A stretch of 64,000 bases of DNA from an uncultured Lachnospiraceae bacterium (GTDB taxonomy: Bacteria > Bacillota > Clostridia > Lachnospirales > Lachnospiraceae): assembly GCA_900314085.1 (NCBI GenBank), contig OMTX01000138.1, forward strand, positions 340 to 64,339, given 5' to 3'. Shown one piece after another: positions 53,722-61,488 of the stretch (its first letter is position 1; every line of letters starts with the position of its first letter). The translations under genes and the position numbers were made by a program. Below the pieces are notes generated by a model that ran no database searches, was not told the origin of the DNA, and worked only from the letters and a program-made list of their open reading frames with translations.

Positions 53722-55881
53722 ATGGCAGAGAAAAAAGGCAGCCTTTCGATCACGAGTGAAAATATCTTCCCCGTCATCAAAAAGTGGCTGTATTCCGATC
53801 ACGACATCTTCTACCGCGAGCTGATTTCAAACGGGTGCGACGCAATTACGAAACTGAAGAAGCTGAATATGATGGGCGACTATGCCCTGCCCGAGACTTA
53901 CAAGCCCCGGATTGATATCCTCCTCGACGACAAGAAGAAAACGATCACCGTAAAAGATAACGGTCTTGGCATGACAGAGGAAGAGGTCGACGAATACATC
54001 AATCAAATCGCCTTCTCCGGAGCCACGGACTTCCTCGAAAAGTACAAGGACAAGGCGAATGAAGACCAGATCATCGGCCATTTCGGCCTCGGCTTCTACT
54101 CGGCCTTCATGGTCGCTGACCGCGTCACGATTGACACCCTCTCCTACAAGGACGGCGCCAAGGCGGTTCACTGGTCCTGCGATGGCGGCACCGACTACGA
54201 GATGGGCGACGGGGACAAGGAAGGCGTCGGCACGGAGATCACCCTCTTCGTAAACGACGACTGTCTGGAATTCGTCAATGAATACAAGGCCCGCGAGGTT
54301 GTGGAGAAGTACTGCTCCTTTATGCCCTATGAGATTTACCTGAAGAATGTCAACGCGGAAACGGCTTACGAGACCATAGACGAAAAGGACAAGCTCGACA
54401 CGGATACCGTTGTCGAGACCATCAACGTTCCGGCAAAGACCGAAGAAAAGACGAAGGACGACGGGACAAAGGAGACCGTTGAAACAGAGCCCGCGAAGAT
54501 TCAGTACAAGATTGTAAAGCGTGAGCACCCTCTGAACGACACGAATCCCCTCTGGAACAAGACACCTTCGGAATGTACGGACGAAGAATACAAGGCCTTC
54601 TACAGAAAAGTCTTCAATGACTATCGCGAGCCCCTCTTCTGGATCCACCTGAATATGGATTATCCTTTCCGCCTGAAGGGCATCCTCTACTTCCCGAAGA
54701 TCATGTCGGAATACGAATCCGTCGAAGGAACCATCAAGCTCTACAACAACCAGGTCTTCATCGCGGACAATATCAAGGAAGTCATCCCCGAGTGGCTGCT
54801 GCTCCTGAAGGGCGTCATCGACTGCCCGGACCTGCCATTAAACGTTTCCCGAAGCGCCCTGCAGAACGACGGCTTCGTCACGAAGATTTCCGAGTACATC
54901 ACGAAGAAGGTTGCGGACAAGCTCACCGGCCTCTGCAAGACGGACCGCGAGAACTACGAGAAATACTGGGACGACATCTCCCCCTTCATCAAGTACGGCT
55001 GCCTCAAGGATGAAAAATTTTTAGGCCGCATGAACGACTACATCCTCTTCAAGGATATCAACGACAAGTATCTCACCCTGCCCGACCTCCTCGCCAAAGA
55101 AGAGGAAAAGAAGGATGAAGATAATGTAAAGCCCGAGATCCTCGATGCCGACGGCAATCCGATCAAAACCGACGGTGCAAAGGCTGAAGAAAAGAAGGAT
55201 GAAGAAGCCGGGGAAAAGGACGAACGGAAGCCCGTCTACTACGTCACCGATACGAAGCAGCAGGCCCAGTACATTACCCTCTTCAAGGAGCAGGGTGAGA
55301 ACGCCGTCATCCTCGACAAGGTCATCGACACTTCCTTCATCACCCAGCTTGAGCAGAGGAACCCGACCTACAAATTCCTCCGCATCGATTCCGATGTGAC
55401 GGATTCCCTGACGGAAGACGTTTCCGAAGAAGACTTGAAGAAGGAAACGGATGCCCTGACAGAGACCTTCCGCAAGGCGCTCGGCAAAGACAATCTGACC
55501 GTGAAGGTTTCAAAGTTCAAGAACAAAGACATTGCTTCCATGATCACCCTCGGCGAGGAAACCCGCCGCATGGCAGATATGATGAAGCTGTATAGCCGCA
55601 GCAATGACTTCGATGCAAGTATGTTCGGAAACGATGAGACGCTGACGCTCAACGCGAACCACCGGATGGTGAAGTACATCTTCCGCCATGGCAAGGATGA
55701 AAACACAGACCTCTTCTGCCACGAGCTCTATGACCTGGCCCGCATCATGAATGCCCCCCTGCCTCCTGCCGAGATGAGCGATTTCCTGAAGCGGACGAAT
55801 GACCTCATGCTCCTCCTCACGAAGGAAGAAAGCAAGGTAAAGAAGGCAGAGAAGGAAGCAAAGAAGGCTGCAGAAGAATAA
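53722..55881 (+). CDS. htpG: Molecular chaperone HtpG (Hsp90)
   Basis: 719 aa. ELISNGCDAITK, DNGLGMT and GHFGLGFYSAFMVA (GHKL ATPase). Long charged linker. Confidence 0.95.
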   Translation: MAEKKGSLSITSENIFPVIKKWLYSDHDIFYRELISNGCDAITKLKKLNMMGDYALPETYKPRIDILLDDKKKTITVKDNGLGMTEEEVDEYINQIAFSGATDFLEKYKDKANEDQIIGHFGLGFYSAFMVADRVTIDTLSYKDGAKAVHWSCDGGTDYEMGDGDKEGVGTEITLFVNDDCLEFVNEYKAREVVEKYCSFMPYEIYLKNVNAETAYETIDEKDKLDTDTVVETINVPAKTEEKTKDDGTKETVETEPAKIQYKIVKREHPLNDTNPLWNKTPSECTDEEYKAFYRKVFNDYREPLFWIHLNMDYPFRLKGILYFPKIMSEYESVEGTIKLYNNQVFIADNIKEVIPEWLLLLKGVIDCPDLPLNVSRSALQNDGFVTKISEYITKKVADKLTGLCKTDRENYEKYWDDISPFIKYGCLKDEKFLGRMNDYILFKDINDKYLTLPDLLAKEEEKKDEDNVKPEILDADGNPIKTDGAKAEEKKDEEAGEKDERKPVYYVTDTKQQAQYITLFKEQGENAVILDKVIDTSFITQLEQRNPTYKFLRIDSDVTDSLTEDVSEEDLKKETDALTETFRKALGKDNLTVKVSKFKNKDIASMITLGEETRRMADMMKLYSRSNDFDASMFGNDETLTLNANHRMVKYIFRHGKDENTDLFCHELYDLARIMNAPLPPAEMSDFLKRTNDLMLLLTKEESKVKKAEKEAKKAAEE

Positions 55882-55903
55882 TTAATAAAGGCAGAGAAAT
55901 GAT

Positions 55904-55939
55904 GAAGGCCCGGCGCAAATGTGCGCCGGGCCTTCTTTT
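55904..55939 (+). terminator. Rho-independent terminator of htpG
   Basis: gaaggcccggcgca-aatg-tgcgccgggccttc followed by tttt. Confidence 0.85.
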
Positions 55940-55951
55940 CAAAAGCAGCAT

Positions 55952-55986
55952 CAAAAAAGGACCATTTCCCTATGGGAAATGATCCT
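55952..55986 (-). terminator. Rho-independent terminator of the 155-aa Ala/Lys-rich gene
   Basis: Minus strand reads aggatcatttccc-ata-gggaaatggtcct followed by tttttt. Confidence 0.75.
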
Positions 55987-56011
55987 GCTTTTTCTATAAA
56001 TCCCCAATGGA

Positions 56012-56479
56012 TCAGAAAAGGGTAAGGGATCCTGCAGTGCCGTCTGCTACGTAGTAAATAGCGTTCTCTGAAGGCTTTACATAGATGTCGATCTTTTTCA
56101 GGGACTTCTTGTTTGCCTTTGCAAGAACCTCTGCCTTCAGGTCGTCGATGCTCTTAGAGTTTCCGAAGTCATCCTGAATCTCGACATTGACCTTTGCCTC
56201 AGATGCCTTTGCAGCAGCCTTGGCAACTGTCTTCTTTGCGGAAGCGGATGCCTTCTTGACTGTAGCGGAAGCCTTCTTCGTAGCAGCAGCCGTGGACTTC
56301 TTTGCAGCAGCGGTCGTCTTCTTTGCGGAAGCCGTAGCCTTTGCAGCTGTCTTCTTGACAGTCGTCGTAGCCTTCTTCACTGCCGTGCTGGCCTTCTCTT
56401 CAACTTCCTTGGCGTCGTTTGCAAGCTCGGTGGCGAGCTTCTTCATGTCCGCCTCGGGCTTCGTCGTCTTCTTTTCCAT
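56012..56479 (-). CDS. Histone-H1-like Ala/Lys-repeat protein with small globular C-terminal domain
   Basis: 155 aa. Repeated (A/T)AKK(A/T) units (VKKATTTVKKTAAKATASAKKTTAAAKKSTAAATKKASATVKKASASAKKTVAKAAAKA), then VNVEIQDDFGNSKSIDDLKAEVL...YYVADGTAGSLTLF. AGGAGG SD. Confidence 0.6.
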   Translation of the reverse strand: MEKKTTKPEADMKKLATELANDAKEVEEKASTAVKKATTTVKKTAAKATASAKKTTAAAKKSTAAATKKASATVKKASASAKKTVAKAAAKASEAKVNVEIQDDFGNSKSIDDLKAEVLAKANKKSLKKIDIYVKPSENAIYYVADGTAGSLTLF

Positions 56480-56651
56480 AATCCTTTTCCTCCTGATTTC
56501 TTTTGTGAAAAAATCAACGTCGTTTCAAAAGACTTTTCAAGTATACCACTTTTTTTCGAAATCAAATAGCATTAATGTGGAAAATGTCAAAAAATCAGAA
56601 TACTTTTTGTGCGGTTTGTTGTTATGAAAAAGATTATGTGTACTATCTGTA

Positions 56652-57641
56652 TTAGTACTTGTAATATTTGTCAAGAATCAGAAAAAAGGTCTTTGTTTCC
56701 ATCCCGTCCGTTTCCGGAGACAGGCTTACAGACTCCCAGAAAGTCTTGTTAATCCGGCTGTAGTACTTGTCATCGGACGTTTGGAAAAGTTCCGTCAGAA
56801 CATTATTCTTGCGATTGGCGAGGATCTTTGTCTTGTTTTCTTCCGACAAGGTCTCGTCGTATTTGCTGATACAGTGAACGATATAATAATCATTTCCCGA
56901 GACGATGAGGGGAGAGACCTCGTCATTCTCCAGGCGGAAGATCACGTCTTCCACATCGGCAGGGTACGTGTTTCTTCCGAAAGCCTGCTCTGTCTTGTCT
57001 CCCTCCCCGTAGGTAGAAAGCACCGTATCAAAAGAGGTTCCTGCCGCAAGAGCAGCCTCTGCGGCAGTTGCAGCTGCGGCGTCTGTCGTGTGAAGGACAT
57101 AGGCTCTAATGATTCGGGCCTCATCCTCCGACACCTCCTCATCCACGGTCTCCATCAGAGTGGAATATACCTTCTCAGCAAGGGCATAACGGGTGTACAT
57201 CTCACAGATGTCCTTCTCCCGGACACTGCAGAATTTCTTTTCTTCATCCGTCAGCGACTCGTAGTACTCCTTGGCCGCCGTCGTGAGCTTGTCCGTATCC
57301 GTATCGGAAAGTTCAATTCCCTTGTCCTTTGCATAAAGGTTTAGGATATAGACCTCGGACAGAATATCAATGCAGGACGTCTTCAGGGAAGAGGTCAGCC
57401 GGCTCTTGTCGAAAAGGCCTGCCCAGAGATTCTGGTCTTCAATGGTGCTATAGAGGTTCTTGTAATTCAGAAGATAGACGTAGGCCTCCTCCCGCGGGCA
57501 CTTCATGTCACCGATCTGAAAGGCTGTAGACATGGCATTGCCGACGGAAAAACGGACATCCTTTCCTGCAAGGGAGCAGGAGGAAAGAAGGAGGGAGGCG
57601 GCCAGCAAAAGGGCCGGCAGGATCAGTTTCTGCTTTTTCAT
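56652..57641 (-). CDS. Lipoprotein, SurA-N/PrsA-like foldase-type chaperone (no clear PPIase core seen)
   Basis: 329 aa. Signal peptide plus lipobox LLLSSC. Helical SurA_N-like region. Confidence 0.55.
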   Translation of the reverse strand: MKKQKLILPALLLAASLLLSSCSLAGKDVRFSVGNAMSTAFQIGDMKCPREEAYVYLLNYKNLYSTIEDQNLWAGLFDKSRLTSSLKTSCIDILSEVYILNLYAKDKGIELSDTDTDKLTTAAKEYYESLTDEEKKFCSVREKDICEMYTRYALAEKVYSTLMETVDEEVSEDEARIIRAYVLHTTDAAAATAAEAALAAGTSFDTVLSTYGEGDKTEQAFGRNTYPADVEDVIFRLENDEVSPLIVSGNDYYIVHCISKYDETLSEENKTKILANRKNNVLTELFQTSDDKYYSRINKTFWESVSLSPETDGMETKTFFLILDKYYKY

Positions 57642-57655
57642 TATTCTAAAAATTC

Positions 57656-57916
57656 CTAACCTTCCACAAAAAGATAACGGCCGTCGGGCAGGGCAAATAC
57701 CTCGTCCTGGGAAAGCATCTCTTCCTCGCTCATGCCGGAGACGTCCAGCTCGTCCTTCATCATTTTGAAAAGCGCCTTCTTGTCCTTGAAGACCAGGGCG
57801 CAGACTTCGTCGAGAAACTCGTCGGCTTCCGCCGGGCTCTCCGCCACCGGCTCCGGAAAGAGCTGCAGCTGCTTTTCAAGAAAGGTGTCTATGCAGACCT
57901 TGTCATATGCGCTCAT
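57656..57916 (-). CDS. Small acidic hypothetical protein (86 aa), translationally coupled to addA
   Basis: ATG 57916 overlaps the addA TGA (ATGA), with an AGGAG SD 8 nt upstream inside addA. Confidence 0.5.
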   Translation of the reverse strand: MSAYDKVCIDTFLEKQLQLFPEPVAESPAEADEFLDEVCALVFKDKKALFKMMKDELDVSGMSEEEMLSQDEVFALPDGRYLFVEG

Positions 57917-60900
57917 AGAATAATCTCCTGTGAAAGCGTGAGCGAATAGATGAATTTTTCCCTGCACGCTTTTCCGTAATTTCTCGCCAGGGCTTCTCCG
58001 TAGAGGTCGAGCTGGGAAGCGTAGCGTTTTTTCAGAACCTCCGGATCCCTTACCCTGTCCGTCTTGTAGTCGAGAAGAATTATATCATTTCCTTCAAAGA
58101 AATAGGCATCAATAATTCCCTGCACAAGCACTTTGTCCTCTGTTCCCTCCGGCAGAATTTCGGACGCCCTTTTTTCCATCACGAAGGCCTTCTCCCGGAA
58201 GAGGTTTCCGGATACAGCCGCCGCATGCATGCGGGCTGCAACCGGGCTTTTTAAGAATAATCGTAAAGCCCGCTCATCCAGCATAGCCCCCTCTTCTTCC
58301 GTCAGAAGCCTGCCGGAAAGTATCCGTTCCTTTTCCGCGGCATACCTCTCTGCAAAGTCATCCGCCGAAAAGTCGAAGCATTCGAGGAAGCGGTGCATGG
58401 CAGATCCCCGCTCCGCTCCCCTGGGACTTTCTTCCTTCCCGCCAAGAAATTTCGGAAGAATATGCTCCTCTTCCTTTTCTGCCGGAAACAGGGAGGCCCC
58501 GTCAGAAAGCTCCGCCTGAAAGCCCTTGTCCTTGATTTCCGAAACGGAATACTTCGTCTTGTAAACGATGCTGTCCGCATAGGGGTACTGAAAAGACAGG
58601 TACTGTGTCAGTTTCTGCAGGCGTTTCTGTCCGGTCGATGATGCGGCAAATTCTGCCTCAGCCCCTTCCAGATCTTTTTTTCGGGCGGTCCGGTTTTCGT
58701 TCTCCTCCTCTTCCATCGCTGCCGCGTCAGGAAGCCCCAGAATCCGGATGTCAAAGAGACCGGGTGTCTGCGCCGCTGCCGGCAGGATGTAGTCAAGCAT
58801 CGAGGCGGCCTGCATGCGGCAGGTATAGGAAAGGGGCAGGATTTCGGCGCGAGCCTGCGCGAGCGCCGCTTCCGACTCCTCCTCATTTCCGACCGTGCCG
58901 GTGATGATGAGTTTTTCCTTGGCCCGCGTCAGGGCGACGTAGAGGACGCGGAGGTTCTCCCCCAGTCCCCGGCCTGTCTCCCGGAGCTTGGCAATCTCTG
59001 CGGATGTCTGGGGGCTCATGATCCGCCTCCCCGCATCGAAGGCAGCCATATAGAGGCCGTGTCCCTTCTCGAGGTAAATATTATCCTTGCCGTTTTCCCG
59101 AATGAAGCCCTTGGCAGAGGCAAAGAGGAAAACCACCGGAAATTCCAGTCCCTTGCTCTTGTGGATTGTCATGAAGCGGACGGCATCAGCTTCCGAAGCC
59201 ACACCCCCGCCGCCTGAAACCGTATATTCCTTCTGCTTTTCCACCATGCGGAGGAAGCCGAATATCCCCTTCATGGCATTCTTCTCATAGGCGACCGCGA
59301 GGTCAAAAAGACGCAGGAGGTTCTCCCTCCGGACTTCGCCGCCCGGCATGGCCGTCATGAGATCCAAAAAGCCCGTCTCCCGGTAGATATCCGAAAGCAG
59401 GACATGAATCGGCGTATAGGAAGCCCGATTCCTCAGGTCTCCGAGACAGGTATAGAAGGCCGTCAACTTTTCATCTTCCGGATGCGCGTCAGCATACGCC
59501 CTGACTGCGGAGAAGAAAAAGCCCTCCCCGTTCTCATTCCGCACACAGAGAAGTTTTTCATCGGAAAGGCCGACGATGGGGCTCTTCAGGACGGCCGTCA
59601 GCGCGAGGTCATTCCGGGGATTGTCAATGAGCGTCAGCAGACTCGTGATGACGCTGACTTCATAGCTTTCGAGATAGTTCTCCTTCTCCACCATGAGGAA
59701 AGGGATGCCCGCTCTCTCAAAAGCCCGGGAAATGACCGGATACGTGGCCGACGTACTCCGTGTCAGAATGGCAATGTCCGAGTAGCGCAGGGGACGCCTG
59801 GCTTTTGCCTCCATGTCATACACCTGAAAGGAAGCCATAAGTTCAGAAATCCGTTGTGTCAGCAGGGCCGCCTCCACATCGAGATTGTCATCGAGGTCCT
59901 CCCTGCCCTCCCCCTTGTCCGGAAGGATGGCAAGCTCTATTTCCGTCCGGTTTTCGGGACCGTCTGCCGGAAAAGCTGCCCCTGCCTTCAGGGACTCGGC
60001 CTCCGAATAATCGACGCCGCCGACATCGGGAAGCATGCAGGTTTTGAATATGCTGTTCACGGAGGAAATGACCGCTTCCCGGCTGCGGAAATTTTTGTCC
60101 AGGCGGATCAGAAGGTCCCTGGCATCCGCATCCTCCGAGAAAGAATAGAGCTTCCCCGCAAAGATTTCAGGATCAGCCGCCCGGAAGCGGTAGATGGACT
60201 GCTTGACGTCCCCGACCATGAAGTAGTTGCCATGCGTTTCGTCCTCGGAAACGATGCTTTTCAGGATGGTCTCCTGCAGTTCGTTCGAGTCCTGGTATTC
60301 ATCCACCATGATCTCTTCAAACCAGGAGGAAAGCTCCTTTGCCGCGCTCTTCTTTTCTCCGCTTTCCTCATCGACGAGGATGGAGAGCGCCATATGCTCG
60401 CAGTCGGAAAAATCCATGACGCCCTGCTCAAGCTTTGCAGCGAGAAAGGCGTGATAGAACTCCTTGGCCAGCGCAACAAGCTCCCTTGCCAGAGGCTCTG
60501 CCGTCTTCAGGTTTTCGAGGACGGTTTCCGGACGGACAGCGCAGTATTTTTTTACAAAATCGTCCCTTTTTTTCTTCAGCTTATCCCGGACATCGAGGGC
60601 ATAGTTGTCCGTTTCGTCCCGGTTTTCCTTCTTCTTGGTCGGCAGCTTCCCCGCAGCATCCCTGTAGGCGGAGATGGCATCCACGAGCTCCGGATAGGTT
60701 CTTTTTTCCGCAATGGCGGCATAGGCCGATGCCTCCCGCCGGAAATAGTCTCCGTAGCTTCTGTCGTCCTCCGGGTAGAAAGCCGCCAGCCTTTCAAACT
60801 GTTTTCCCAGGTCTTCAAAGAAATGAATAATATATTCCGTCAGGAAGGAAAAATCGGGGGAACCCAGCAAGTCTCCCACATCTTCACAGGCGTAGGGGGA

Positions 60901-61488
60901 AAGCAGGCTGTCTAAGTACCTGTCCGGCCAGGGAACGCTCGTCAGGGAATTCAAGAGAGAAATCAGGGCTCCCTCCAGACTGCCGCTCTTGTCTTTGGCG
61001 GAAAAGAAATCGCAGAGGGCCAGAAATTCCGGTCTTCCCTCCTCAAACTTCTCTTCCAGAAGGTCGGCGAGCACCTTGTCCCGGATGGTTCCCCCTTCCG
61101 CCTCATCCATGAGTCTCAGATCCGGATCTGCATCGATGTCCTCAAAGTAGTTCCGGTAGACATAGACACAGAAGGAATCGATGGTCGTGATCTTTGCATT
61201 GTGAATCAGCGTCAGCTGCCGGCGGATATTCCGGTCGGAGGGATTTTCTGCCGACAGGGCGGAAAACTTTTTGTAGATCCGCTCTTTCATTTCCGCGGCG
61301 GCAGCCCGGGTAAATGTCAGAACCAGGATCCGGTCCACGTCGACGGGATGGTCTCCTTCCGTACACTTTTTGATGACGCGCTCCGAAAGGACAGCCGTCT
61401 TTCCGGATCCCGCCGCTGCAGAAACCAGGATATTTTTTCCCCGGGTGTCTATGACACGTTTCTGTTCATCTGTCCACTTCACTGCCAT
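57913..61488 (-). CDS. addA: Helicase-nuclease AddA
   Basis: AAAGSGKT (Walker A), UvrD-like helicase motifs, and a C-terminal RecB-type nuclease (GIIDAYF...LLDYKTD). ATG 61488 is preferred over GTG 61497. It overlaps the addB 3' end. Confidence 0.9.
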   Translation of the reverse strand: MAVKWTDEQKRVIDTRGKNILVSAAAGSGKTAVLSERVIKKCTEGDHPVDVDRILVLTFTRAAAAEMKERIYKKFSALSAENPSDRNIRRQLTLIHNAKITTIDSFCVYVYRNYFEDIDADPDLRLMDEAEGGTIRDKVLADLLEEKFEEGRPEFLALCDFFSAKDKSGSLEGALISLLNSLTSVPWPDRYLDSLLSPYACEDVGDLLGSPDFSFLTEYIIHFFEDLGKQFERLAAFYPEDDRSYGDYFRREASAYAAIAEKRTYPELVDAISAYRDAAGKLPTKKKENRDETDNYALDVRDKLKKKRDDFVKKYCAVRPETVLENLKTAEPLARELVALAKEFYHAFLAAKLEQGVMDFSDCEHMALSILVDEESGEKKSAAKELSSWFEEIMVDEYQDSNELQETILKSIVSEDETHGNYFMVGDVKQSIYRFRAADPEIFAGKLYSFSEDADARDLLIRLDKNFRSREAVISSVNSIFKTCMLPDVGGVDYSEAESLKAGAAFPADGPENRTEIELAILPDKGEGREDLDDNLDVEAALLTQRISELMASFQVYDMEAKARRPLRYSDIAILTRSTSATYPVISRAFERAGIPFLMVEKENYLESYEVSVITSLLTLIDNPRNDLALTAVLKSPIVGLSDEKLLCVRNENGEGFFFSAVRAYADAHPEDEKLTAFYTCLGDLRNRASYTPIHVLLSDIYRETGFLDLMTAMPGGEVRRENLLRLFDLAVAYEKNAMKGIFGFLRMVEKQKEYTVSGGGGVASEADAVRFMTIHKSKGLEFPVVFLFASAKGFIRENGKDNIYLEKGHGLYMAAFDAGRRIMSPQTSAEIAKLRETGRGLGENLRVLYVALTRAKEKLIITGTVGNEEESEAALAQARAEILPLSYTCRMQAASMLDYILPAAAQTPGLFDIRILGLPDAAAMEEEENENRTARKKDLEGAEAEFAASSTGQKRLQKLTQYLSFQYPYADSIVYKTKYSVSEIKDKGFQAELSDGASLFPAEKEEEHILPKFLGGKEESPRGAERGSAMHRFLECFDFSADDFAERYAAEKERILSGRLLTEEEGAMLDERALRLFLKSPVAARMHAAAVSGNLFREKAFVMEKRASEILPEGTEDKVLVQGIIDAYFFEGNDIILLDYKTDRVRDPEVLKKRYASQLDLYGEALARNYGKACREKFIYSLTLSQEIIL

